NCBI GenBank assembly: GCA_977030845.1
Contig: OZ365109.1
Coordinates: forward strand, 16,864,001-16,928,000
Source: Fimbriosthenelais zetlandica
Taxonomy: Eukaryota
Length of the DNA stretch: 64,000 bases
Direction of reading: 5' to 3'
In this document: positions 1 to 11,805 of the stretch, piece after piece
Position numbering within the stretch: the stretch's first letter is position 1
Layout: the number at the start of each line of letters is the position of its first letter
The notes under the pieces: model-generated
The model's database searches: none
Seen by the model: only the letters and a program-made list of their open reading frames with translations
What the model was told of the DNA's origin: nothing
Translations under genes and position numbers: made by a program

Positions 1-55
1 TTTTATCAAACACTTGACAATGACTAAACCTTTGTAGTTAACTCTTGATTTACAG

Positions 56-3000
56 AACTTAAAAGACATCATGGCAGACCTGGTCCCAAAACATCAAAAT
101 ACTGTTAAGAACTTCAGAAAAGAAAAAGGCAACACAGTTGTAGGAGATGTCACAGTGGATATGGTAGGTGATTCTTTCACTTTAATTTTTAACATCCTAT
201 ATTAAAAATTTATGGTTATGGCAATCGCCTTTAAAAAATGATGTATAGTCCTCATAAAGCAAAACTTTATTTCATTGTGCTTAACAAAAGCGCACTAGAT
301 ATGATAGCATTCTTTTTTCAAAGAATTACCAAGAATTTATGATAAACTAAAATAAAATGTTTTCCCTGACAGATGTATGGAGGTATGCGGGGGATCAAGG
401 GGCTTGTAACCGAGACTTCAGTACTGGATCCAGATGAGGGTATCCGCTTTCGTGGTCTTAGCATCCCCGAGTGTCAGAAAGTTCTTCCCTCGGCGGCAGG
501 CGGAGAGGAACCCCTCCCCGAGGGCCTCTTCTGGCTACTTATGACTGGAAATGTTCCCACCGAGGCTCAGGTGAAAGCCATCTCAAAGGTGAGTGATACG
601 GTTCCATGAGCTTTAGTAAAATCCATGGAATGGGGATTTAAAGCAAAGTCAACTTTTAATATGGTACTCGCTTAAAATAATTGAACAATGTTAGGTAACA
701 TGGAAAATCACCTATACGTTCTGTGTTCACTCTTGGTAAAGAATTGTTCGGATATGATCAGGGTAAACGGGTATTATGACGAGTAGATAAATCTACCATA
801 ATAAATCGACAAATTTATATCCGTTGTAAAATGTTCATACCCCTATTGGTATGAGTGTTGATCTATTTTGATCCATCGCACCAATGCCCATCATACCAAA
901 TATTTATAGGGGTCTGGATTTTTCACTGGATAATATAAACTTGTCCATTTAATTTTAGGATTTTGGTGCCTGGATAACTGCCAACCAGTTATAAATAGAA
1001 TTGCTACTGTAGGGAATGATGATTGAAATATAAAAAAATATGGAGGCTATAAAAAGATAATTTTGATATGAAAAATATAGAGTTTTCCTAAATTTGAAAT
1101 TATTTATGAATTACATAGACTAAGTACACTATTACTTTGATACCGAAATTTAGAATGATGATATTTCTCTTTAAACCAGGAATGGGCTGACCGGGCCGAC
1201 CTTCCATCCCACATTGTAACAATGCTCAACAACTTCCCAAACAACCTCCACCCTATGGCTCAGTTCAGTGCGGCAATCACAGCCTGCAATTCTGAGTCCA
1301 AATTTGCGAAAGCCTACGCGGACGGAGCGAACAAGGCCACTTACTGGGAGTACGTGTACGAGGACTCCATGGACCTCATAGCTAAACTACCAACTATAGC
1401 TTCCATTATCTACAGGAACCTGTATAGAGACGGTACCAGTGTGGGAGCCATCGATCCTGATAAAGATTGGTCCGCTAACTTCTGCGGTATGCTTGGTTAC
1501 GATGATGCTCAATTTACAGAGCTCATGAGACTCTACCTCACAATTCACAGGTTAGTGTTTTTATACTAATTCGGTCTCAAGTTTCTAAAATTTAATTTAT
1601 GAATTTAATTTTCATAAAGTTGGGTCATCCCAGAAGAAAATATAGATAGCCCCATTTAAGCTTTATTTCAATCTTATCGAATAATGATCTCAGTCTTATC
1701 TCAATATTTTGAAAATTACTTTTGTTTCAGTCGATTGTTTTCTGTTGCACTATGACTATGTCATTACTAGTTTAAAAATATAAAAAAGGAGAAATGTTTA
1801 AATCGCCATTCATTCATTCAGTTTAAAAATTAAACCATATTTGTATTTTATTCCAGTGATCATGAGGGTGGCAATGTCAGTGCTCACACGTGCCATTTGG
1901 TGGGCAGCGCCCTGTCTGACCCGTACCTCTCATTCGGTGCTGGTATGAACGGTCTAGCTGGTCCCCTCCACGGCCTTGCTAACCAGGTACATAATTCATT
2001 TAATACCTATAATCTTCTAAGCTAAATCCATAACCCCATCAATAGTTGGGTAGCCATGCAATTTGCATATAATTATATACTCGGTGTTTTTTTAGAAACC
2101 ATATGTATACTTTTACATTCCGTTTGAATTGAACATATTTCCTGTAGTTGAGGCCCTAATAGGTGATTTAATGTATTTGTGTAAATCTCTTGATCATTTA
2201 ATATATTGAACAAAATAAGTGTTACATTTTTTAAAATATGTCGCTTTCTCTGTTGTAGGAAGTACTCGTCTGGATCACCAAATTGAAGGCTGGTCTTCCA
2301 GAATCCTACACCGAGGATCAACTAAAGGAATATATCTGGACCACTTTAAAATCTGGCCAGGTAATAAACGGATTTGTCAGCCCTCCGAGAACTTGATTTG
2401 AGGCTTGGAGACCTCTGTTTCAGTAGGATATTATCTGGTGCATTAGGCTTGAGACCATTGCATAATATTTAACTAATATGTGCTTTGCTATGTAAACCAT
2501 GCTGGAAGGGGATTATATTACCAGCAAGAGGCTGATTTACAGAAGACTTATGGCTTTGAAAATGGAGCCAATACCAATCCTCTAATAGTATAGATATTAT
2601 ATTCACTCATATTTACATAAGGGATTTATAAAGTTTAATATATTCCTGGCAGAATTTTGATATAAATGTTTGGAATGTTAGTTAAGTTAAGTTAAAATTG
2701 AAATACTTGTGTGTTCATTCCTAATTAACTTGATCGTGGCAGCCTTTTTGGATTGAACTATTTGGACTGTGGGATTGTAAATTTGTTGCATTATTTATAA
2801 ACTTGTTGAATTCTTGTACATGGCAGGCTAGTTGGATTGATGTCCATAACCTTGTCTTTTACAGGTTGTACCAGGGTACGGCCATGCGGTCCTTCGTAAG
2901 ACAGACCCCCGCTATACCTGTCAGCGTGAATTCGCATTGAAACACTTACCCAAGGACCCCTTGTTCAAACTCGTATCAGATGTCTACAAGATAACTCCTA

Positions 3001-3716
3001 ATATTCTTCTGGAGCAAGGCAAAGCCAAGAACCCCTGGCCTAATGTGGATGCCCACTCCGGTGTCCTGTTGCAGGTAGGTCTAAATCTGTCAGAAAGGCC
3101 AATCGCAATTAGTTTACAAAACCAAAAAAACATTAAGTAGTTTTAACATTAAAATGTTTGTGACACATGTAGCCTATTCCATTGAATATGTCTAATTGTT
3201 ATTTTATTATAAACGACATTCGTCAGAAGTAGTTCACCGTACATGTATAATTATTATTCCAAACTCTGGTGGCTTTCTTTAGGATTATGTTAAAGGAATT
3301 GATTCAATAATACAAATATCACTGACAAATAATGTCGATCTACAATCATGAGTAGATGGTTTTGGGTTTTTTTTTTAGAAGCTTGGTAACGTATGACTAG
3401 CTACTAGCCTTGTGGCTTGTGATTAGCCTAGGCTATATGACCGGCCCCAAATTTGGGCTCCACAGGCTCCACCTGGTGGGACAGAGGGATGGATACTCTA
3501 TCCACCTTGTGATTATGATCTCCCTTCTGACTGAATGCTTCTTTTGCCTTACAGTACTACGGTATGACTGAGATGAACTACTACACGGTACTCTTCGGTG
3601 TATCTCGAGCCCTCGGATGTCTCTCAGCCCTCACTTGGGACCGTGCCCTCGGCCTGCCCATCGAGCGCCCCAAGTCTATGAGCACAGAAGGATTACAGAA
3701 ATTCGTCCAAAAGTAG
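56..3716 (+). CDS. CS: Citrate synthase, mitochondrial-type; 5'-partial (transit-peptide exons lie upstream of the window). Exons 56-163, 373-588, 1180-1550, 1857-1986, 2259-2360, 2865-3074, 3555-3716
   Basis: All introns GT-AG; the joined exons give 1299 nt = 432 aa + TAG. Translation [12 protein letters not shown]...[28 protein letters not shown]...[10 protein letters not shown]...[10 protein letters not shown]...[13 protein letters not shown]...[18 protein letters not shown]...ERPKSMST matches eukaryotic CS, with catalytic His (GPLHG), His (GYGH) and Asp (NVDAH) intact. Confidence 0.98.
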
Positions 3717-4830
3717 ACAAAGACCCATCGAGTAAAAAAAGAACTTAGGAAAGAAATCATTCGGGTTTTTAGCGTTGTTAATACCCCGGGGTATATATTA
3801 TATTATACATTAAAAAAAAATCTTACCAGTTTGAGTGTATTTATTTCAGGGAATATCGAAGTGAGAACCAGATAGGAATATTAATGTGTACAAAATATGC
3901 TACACTCGTCTTCTCGATGAAATCTCGTTTTAGTCATGTAAAATATACATGTATGATACAAATGGTTTGTCAACGACGAGTGCATGACTGAAAGTATCAA
4001 ACCCTCTTGCACAGTTTTGGATGAATAAATATGTAAATATCGAAACAAGCAGCATGGAATCCTATTTTGTAGACTAAGATTTTCAGTGAAACTAATTATT
4101 CAAATAGATGGCCCACTCGTGTTACCTTGTTACATAATATATTTATACTGGCCAAAAAGAAAACTAACATGGTCATATGTACTGCATTAGAGGGTTTGTT
4201 TGGGATATCCTCACACCTTAAGCATAATCTGGGTTCATGGTACCTATATCTAGCAATAAAGTGAACATTAAAATGTGGCTGAAGTGGAAATGTTAGGTCA
4301 GGATTAGAGGAACAGAGATATATTATACAGAATGAATTAATGTTAGGTTTCTCTGCATGAGGAATATGGGACTATTATTAGTTAACCCATATTGCGGCCA
4401 GTACTAAATCTATAGAATATATTTCAGAAATAAATGTTTCAGTATTGTAAAAGTTAAATTTCCGACTCGCAAGTCTGTGTTAGCGATACCCAACCACTTG
4501 TGTTGCCACTTAGTCTTGCTACCAATTATTTGCCATTTTGTATTTAATGTACATTATATTCATTGAAGCTTGCCTTGTATTCTGTCCTATAATCAAGGTA
4601 TGGGTGTGCATTATCTATGGGTGGAAGACATTATATTTTTAACATTTTGAGTTCTCAGCCTTAATCCCGAATGATACTCAGTAGTGTTTGTTTCCGGTGA
4701 TACATCTTGGTCGTCAAGACGATTTTTTGAAAGATTGCAAACGATTCATTTCCTTCAGTGGTTAACTTACTGAGAATGTTGTTAAAGGTTGGTACTGTGG
4801 GCATGTAAATACTTGGACCCAACAGGCCGA

Positions 4831-4892
4831 TTTATTATTAGAGAAATAAATAGAATAACACCAGATTTTATGCGATAAAATGTTATTTTATT
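4831..4892. terminator. Cluster of polyadenylation hexamers on both strands between convergent CS and COMMD3
   Basis: AATAAA on + at 4845-4850 (also 4024-4029 and 4255-4260); AATAAA on - at 4887-4892 and 4831-4836. Which sites are used is not determinable. Confidence 0.4.
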
Positions 4893-5049
4893 AACAAATT
4901 ATTCATTTTTTATTATCTCTTACAAAACAATGCATAATATACAAATATATTTGGTGAATGATTCAGTTTTATATTTTTAACTGCCAACTACTTATAGGGA
5001 GTCCCACCACGTCTGCGGAATGCACATACAAAAATATATTTTACGTCCT

Positions 5050-6685
5050 TCACATTTGACTGGCCCTCTCTAAGCTTTTACAAGCATCTCTCAATTTCCC
5101 GACCAAGTCCTGAAATATCAAATAAATACAACGCGGACTCAGTTGCATGGAATCTTTCCATCTGTACTGAAAATTTCATGGTAAATTTCCAATTAGGCCT
5201 ACCTGTAGTTGTTCTTGGGAGCAGGCGAACTGAACGTCTTGATTACTGCTGCCACATTCCTGTTAAACGAAGATAAACCATGAAAATATATCTGTGAGTC
5301 ATGTCTATCATTTATAACATAGACATGATTTATGTTTATAATTACTGTTAATCTGTAGCTATTACTTAGGATCCCCGAAAGGGACTGGAAAGCCCTGCTC
5401 ACCTCTGTTTTCAGCGATAACAAAAATGTAGGTTCATTGACTTTTTCCAACTGGTTGTTCTGGAATAGAAAATCAAATGCTTAAAAGATATATGAATCCC
5501 ATTCTAAAAAAATCCCATTTAATAAAAAAAAAAATAGGGATTGCAAGTATTCAACATCTGCCACTTTCGAATATATCTCCAAGCATTCCCCCAATTACCA
5601 TTTTCATATTTAATGGTCATGAAAAATTACTTACCTTTATATAATAGTCTAACCTCCAGTCAGCATCGACTATGTGCGGCGGGTTGTTACCAGTGCTGAA
5701 AAAAAACCAACGGAAATCATTAGCGATGTATAGTTAGGTTAAATAAGTATGATAAGTCATAAAATTAACCACCTATACTTACTTAGACAGTAATATCCTG
5801 AAATCATCTTTGTGCTCCTGTAAAAGTAATTGAGATTATTGAACAGATAATCTCAGTTAAGTCTTCTAAGATAATATGAAACACATCATTCAATGATTAC
5901 GGTATGTATAATATATTAACCATTATCCTATCAAATCCAAAATTCTGGTGGAATTAATTGAATTAAATCCTGCTTCAGTAGACAATTTGCACCTACCTGA
6001 TACACTTCATTAAATTCTTTTATGCGTTCCGGTGCGAACTTGCATTCTTCTAGTAGAAGGCTTAAAAAATGAAAGAGAAAAGAAAAGATCAGATCTCACC
6101 TGTAGCGTTATAGAATATAAACTGTTTTGCAATACCCTTCAAATTCAAGGTGTAGATAATTATTTTGTCACCTTAATGTTGCTTGATCGGGGTCTTGTTT
6201 AGCGGCTTCCAGTATTAGCGTGGCTAAAGCAGCATGTGTCTGTTTGATGATGGCAGGATCAATTTTTGTTAATGCAGAATTTTCTGTCGAAGAGATTTTG
6301 TTGGGAATATTGATGAAATAAATAAGTTGACACAAGGGATGGTGGAAATATATTATCCTCATCATGTTAGGGTAAAATAGACAAATAGTAAAACACGAAA
6401 TATTTTCGAATTGTCGCCCCCTGAAATGCGCTCTCTGAAATTCTGCCCCGCCCCCTGGCCTGTACATCGGCTATTCTCCATCATGTGACACTATTTTTGT
6501 GAGCGATATTAGGGGTTTTAGTGGGATAACTTGATATTGTTCCTACCTAATGGCGAATTTCTCTGGTTGTGATGAAGTATGCTATCACAGACACATCTTA
6601 ACAGTGAAAGGAACACAGAATCAATGACATGAGCAGAATCACCGGCCACCCGCAATCCTTCCAAAACCTCAGCCGAGAGCTCCAT
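5050..6685 (-). CDS. COMMD3: COMM domain-containing protein 3. Exons (transcript order) 6685-6547, 6283-6172, 6060-5997, 5817-5783, 5695-5635, 5459-5403, 5259-5203, 5109-5050
   Basis: 8 exons, GT-AG introns, 585 nt = 194 aa + TGA. MELSAEVLEGL...IDPAIIKQTHAALATLILEAAKQ...LEECKF..ERI...PHIVDADWRLDYYIK...FACSQEQLQDLVGKLRDACKSLERASQM matches the COMMD3 N-terminus, COMM-domain WRLD motif and C-terminus. Confidence 0.96.
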
Positions 6686-6708
6686 GTCTCACTGCCAAGC
6701 CAAAGAAA

Positions 6709-6719
6709 CAAGATGGCCG
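6709..6719 (+). promoter_or_regulatory. YY1-like motif (CAAGATGGCCG) just 5' of the COMMD3 start codon
   Basis: Matches the AAGATGGC core about 25 nt from the COMMD3 ATG, a typical position in housekeeping promoters; motif match only. Confidence 0.4.
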
Positions 6720-7189
6720 ACTCTAACTTGCGAAATCCCTCCACACGGTTTTTCAGTTGGACATGTTTAAAATTCACATTGCACTCCAATGTCCTGCATC
6801 AGGCTATTCAATACAAAATACAATGACTCATAAATGGTATAGTTTTAATCATAGACATAGAAATGAAACACCCGAAAGCTTAAATTTTGGTCTTTTAGCC
6901 AGCTCTTACCTGCCACCGTGTGAGGAAAATGGGAACCAGGGCTATTATAGACAAGTGCGACTAGAGCTCACCTGGGGGCAGCACAGTAGCCCATCAAATG
7001 AACATTATCATAGAACTATGATCATTATAGGCTATGTCATGTATAGCCGAGGTAGACATAGGCCTATAGGCCCTATATTAGTCACATAGGCCTGCTTAAA
7101 CGCATTATATCGGCCAGCCGCCTGCCTTTGTTGAATACATTTGTAGCCTATAGAATGTTAATATGATGATTAGCCTAGGCCTAGTAGAC

Positions 7190-7445
7190 CATAAAAATTA
7201 GTAGAGTAGGCAAGCCCCATAAAAATTAGTAGACATCAAAAATAGTAGACATCCAAATTAGTAGGCCTAGACATCGATGTTTATTTTAAGTAGAGATCGA
7301 TGGGCCTAGACATCCAAATTAATAGACATCCAAATTAATAGACATATAAATTCCTAGACATATAAATTAGTAGACTTCCAAATTAGTAGACATCAAAATT
7401 AGTAGGCCTAGACATCAAAATTAGTAGACATAAATTAGTAGACCA
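7190..7445. repeat. Degenerate minisatellite, ~15-16 bp unit (AAATTAGTAGACATC) with TAGGCCTA insertions
   Basis: More than ten recognisable units, e.g. caaattagtagacatc aaaattagtaggcctagacatc aaaattagtagacat. Confidence 0.85.
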
Positions 7446-9103
7446 TAATAATAGTTAACAGTTAATATAGGCCTACCGTACGCTCCAGGTGAAACCCAGT
7501 AGGATGTTTCTTCAAATTGACATCAATTGAAATTTGTGGCTAGAATTACCGGTAGCCCAGTAGGCTACTGTAGGCTAGGCCCTAGGCCTACCACCATGAA
7601 ATGATTAATTGTAAAGATGGGCATAGCTAGTAGGCCTGGTTCACAAGGCCTAAAGCATATTTCAGGTAGGCCTAATTTTACAGCTTTAGCCTATGATCCT
7701 TTAACAATGGTAAATTTGTATAATATGTATAATAGGCTATTCCGACAGAAACACACATTTAAAAAGCATTGGGCCGTCCTTATGGGGCACCTTGAGCCAT
7801 ATTTATTGGTTAGATTATCCATTGGTTAACTAGTTCAATGGGTTATCCAGCACTATAATCTATTGGGAAAAGGTAACGGTACTAGGCCTATAAGCTGCTT
7901 TAAATACCTAAATTTACATAAAGAGAGAGATCGACAATGTTTAGGCCTATAATTAATTTGCCCCCGGACCCCTCCCTGCCCCCCAAAGTCGGGACTAACT
8001 CCCATGTCTACCTCCAGCACTCCCACCAATTCCCTTCAAACCCCCAGCCCGATTCGAAACGTCTAAAATGTCAAAATCCCTTGGCTAGATCATAGACGGA
8101 GTAGGCCTATCTGTCCCGGTGAGGCGAGCAGGCGAGGCTTGCCATACAGGCTAGCTTGATCATAGTACCATAGTTCACTGTTCAGCCGCTACAAATTTAT
8201 CTCGGGTCGCCACAGTCGCACTGGCTTGCTCCTTCCATAGAGAACAATGCTATATATAGACCTCAAATTCCCACCATTTTCAAAAATCGAAATTTTAAAT
8301 TAATTTGAGTCGCACAATCACATAGATACCTGGAGGTGCTTCCAACTAAGAATAATCCGTTTGAATTGTAATTTTAGACCCATTATTTACTAAGTTAGGC
8401 CCTATTCAACTTTTTCTACTTTTAGTGAGAGGGCGCTGTTAAGGATTTTAAAAGGCCAAATTATAGGCCGGTATACGCGAGGCCGATTTGTCATATTCGC
8501 AGAAATCGGTGTTAACCTCGCTTTACGTCTCTGCTCTTTTGCTATATATCAGTAGAGGTCATAAGTCGTACACAACCGTCATTTCGAGTGAAAATTACAC
8601 ATATTAAGTAGAGAAAGAGCCGATCGAAGTTGCCTGACAAACCGGCTCTGTGGCACACATTCCTGTAATCGTGAGTGATTTTTAACATTGCGCCTATGGG
8701 TGGGACACTTTTGATTAATCCAAGCGATTTAGACATGTTAAAAGCATAAAATCGGGCTGAATTTTCCGGAGGCAGTTTGGGTGGTTGGCGGGGGTAGACA
8801 TCGGGGTTGGGGTGGAGGTTTGGGGCCAGGGAGGGGTCCGGGGGGCTAAATAAATTTTACCATTGGAGCCTATGGACAGTACCTACACAGTGGGCTATTC
8901 TAAGGGATTTTGACATGTTAGCCGTTTCGAGTAATGCTGGTGTTTTTGGAGTAAGTTGGTGGGAGTGCTGGGGGGGGGGGGGGGGGGAGTTTGGGGCCCG
9001 GGGAGGGGTCCGGGGGGCAACATAAATATAAACATTGTGATTCAGCATTGTTGAAGTTGTTCTGGGCCGTCCAGGCTAAACGGTACCTAAGAGTGCACTG
9101 TCC

Positions 9104-9230
9104 CGTGAGCCAGTTAGTTTAGAGGTAGGCTAAGGCACTGCCCTGCACCGCGAGCGACTGGGGTTCAAGTCGATTCAACCATTTTTTCTGCTCCATGTAT
9201 CGCAAGGCCTACACATAATACGATTTACTG
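9104..9230 (+). mobile_element. tRNA-derived SINE-like head plus shared tail (copy 1, degenerate)
   Basis: A-box-like TAGTTTAGAGG, B-box-like GGTTCAAGTC, then a tail tcaaccattttttctg..ccatg..tcgc..ctaca shared with copy 3. Confidence 0.6.
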
Positions 9231-9344
9231 TGAACCTCCTTCAGCGACCACACCGAGCACCCCTAGCGTCACCTGTACGGTAAGCGGGAACCAAGCTAGG
9301 TTTGCTGTTACTATCTAAGAGATCGCCTCCTAAATGAACGCTTT

Positions 9345-9472
9345 TAAGAGTCGTCTATAATTAGGCTATGTGTACTGATCCAGCAGCGAAAAGGGATTTA
9401 CAAGACGGGGAATCGAACCCCGGTCTCTTGCCTTGCAGACCGGTGTCTTACCTCTAGACTACCTGACTCACA
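9345..9472 (-). mobile_element. tRNA-derived SINE-like head (copy 2)
   Basis: Reverse complement ctgtgagtcaggTAGTCTAGAGGtaagacaccggtctgcaaggcaagagaccgggGGTTCGATTCCccgtc has Pol III A and B boxes and a T-arm CGGGG/CCCCG; the anticodon stem does not pair. Confidence 0.7.
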
Positions 9473-10847
9473 GACCTATCCCAACACCCCTCCTGAATCA
9501 CAATGTTTATCATTATTTTGCCCCCGGACCCCTGCCTGGCCCCCAACGCCCACCAACCACCGACTACCTCCAGCACTCCCACCAACTACCTTAAAACCTC
9601 CAGCCGGATTTGAAATGGTTAAGCTGTCAAAATCCATTGGAATAGCCCACTGTGGAGGTACTGCCCATAGGCTCCAATGTTAAAAATTATTTAGCCCCCC
9701 CGGCCCCCAACCTCCACCTCCGCCCTCAAATCTACCCTTGGCACCCCCCCCCCCAACTCCCTCCCAAAAAAACAGCCCGATCCTATGCTTCTAACATGTC
9801 TAAATCCCTTGGATTCATCAAAAGTGCACCGCCCATAGGCACAATGTTAAAAGTCACTCACGATTACATGGATGTGTGCTACAGAGCCGGTTTGCCAGTC
9901 CATTCCAATCGGCTCTTTCAATACTTAATATGTGTTATTTTCACTCGAAAAGACGGTTATGTATGACTTATGACCTCTAGGCCTAGGCCCTACTGATAAA
10001 TATTTAAAGAGCAGAGACGTCAAACGAGGAAAACACCGAAACGGATTATTCTTAGTTGGAAGTACCTCCATGCACCTATACGGTTTTTGTGCAACTGAAA
10101 TTAATTTAAAATTTCGATTTTTGAAAATGGAGTCAATTTGAGGTCTATAGCATTGATCGCTATGGAAGGACAAGCTAGTGCTACTGAAGCGACCCGAGAT
10201 TTATAGCGGCAAAAAGGTGAACTACGCTACTATGATCTAGCCAAGGCCTAGACGGAGTATCTGTACCGGTGTAGAGGCTATTCCGGGAGGACGAGGCTTG
10301 TTTACAGGCTAGCCAAGGCCACTATGAGGGAGTGAGCGAGGGAGAGAGAATACGAAAAGATAAAAATTCAAGCGGGTGATGGAGGGAGAGGATTTTTTTC
10401 GTAAGGACATTTTAATATTTTTTACACGCCATTTCCACCATTTCGGTGTTTTACAGGCTGTCCTGAGCTATATGAAATGGGCCTAGATTAGGCTGATTTG
10501 TCAACTACGCAGAAATCGGCGATATCCTCGTTTAACGTCTCTGCTCTTTTGATATTTATCAGTAGAGGTAATAAGTCATATATAAACGTGGTTTCTAGTG
10601 AAAATAATACATTATTAACCTAGAGAAAGAGCCGATTGGAGTGGACTGGCAAACCGGCATTGGAGCCTATGGGTAGTAGGCCTACCTACACAGTGGGCTA
10701 TTCCAAGGGATTTTGACATGTTAGACGTTTCGAATCGGGCCCGGCTGGTGTTTTGGAGGAAGTTTATGGGAGTGTTTGGGGTAGGTCTACATGGCCTTGT
10801 CCTCGGGCGGTTCAGTCTAAATTTGAAGGGGTGAAGTATATAATTTC

Positions 10848-10968
10848 CTGTGAGCCAGGTAGTCTAGAGGTAAGACACTCGCCTCGAACGCTAGGGACCA
10901 GGTTTCGATTCCCTGTCTAGTCAACCGTTTTTCTGGTCCATGGGTCGCTACATACTAAATACAATGTA
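10848..10968 (+). mobile_element. tRNA-derived SINE-like head plus tail (copy 3)
   Basis: ctgtgagccaggTAGTCTAGAGGtaagacac...caGGTTTCGATTCCctgtctagtcaaccgtttttctgg; the first ~30 nt are nearly identical to copy 2. Confidence 0.7.
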
Positions 10969-10982
10969 TACGGCTCCGCAGT

Positions 10983-11120
10983 GCTGATTTGGGCTTTTTT
11001 TTCGTTTTGAGTTGGCGAGAGGAGGGGAGTTGTTTGCGTGGGAGGGGGTGGGGGGGCCGGTGAATATTTTTTAACACTGATTTGGGCTTCTTTTTGAGTT
11101 GCTGAGAGGAGGGGCGTGGA
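10983..11120. repeat. Two-copy ~45 bp direct repeat
   Basis: ctgatttgggctt..tttgagttg.cgagaggagggg at ~10984-11025 and ~11077-11115. Confidence 0.7.
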
Positions 11121-11805
11121 GGGAGGCTGATTTTTTTTCAACATTGATCGGAAGGCAAACGCGTCTGATACCCTAGTACGTGTATCTGATTCTCAATAAA
11201 TTGAAAAACATAACATTAAAATCAATGACTTTATTTTCAGAAAACATTTCTTCCCTGGTGAAAAATGTATAAAGCCATGTATTATTAATGAATGGTGTCG
11301 CCGGTTACTTAAAATTAATGTACGCTGCCTAGGATTCAACACGTTTTCGTTTCGCGTTAAACGTTTCCAGAAATCAACAAAGATCAACCGACATACCCTG
11401 ATATATATATCCACTACATGATTCATTATTTTTCCAACATGGACAAAATTAAAGATAGTATACAAATAAGAACTCTATTAAAACAATCTGGATTATCTTC
11501 CAGCTGATAAGCTTTCTACAGACAAATTTGTAACAGGTTGTAATAACCTAGCTAAAAAAAACAAGCAATCCAGGACACTTCATATATACATGAAGGTATC
11601 TGTAAGCCAAGAGTATCTATTTATACTTCTCTCTTTTTATTAAATTTATACATGATAAACGTATCTATCTATCGACATAACACTAATGAGATGCTATAAA
11701 ATCTCCTTCCAATATTAAACATAAGGTCTGTTCACTATCAGTCAAACTGAATATATACGGGTCAGAAGACCGGACATGTGGAATGGCAAAAAAGGGGACT
11801 TGTGA

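Larger units (their letters stand above)
7955..10970. repeat. Cluster of a ~1 kb composite repeat: inverted arms ~8150-9230 and ~9345-10250, a partial direct copy ~10490-10970 and a partial inverted copy ~7955-8090; probably a non-autonomous element
   Basis: Reverse-complement matches read by eye: cttccaactaagaataatccgt (~8340-8360) / acggattattcttagttggaag (~10041-10062); tcggtgttaacctcgctttacgtctctgctc (8506) / gagcagagacgtcaaacgaggaaaacaccga (~10009-10039); ataaacattgtgattca (~9028-9044) / tgaatcacaatgtttat (9494-9510). No ORF with recognisable homology. Confidence 0.85.

Noticed and set aside
9345-9472. Possible functional tRNA gene
   Set aside because: A and B boxes and T-arm are present, but acceptor and anticodon stems do not pair and the three copies differ in the anticodon region; treated as SINE-like.
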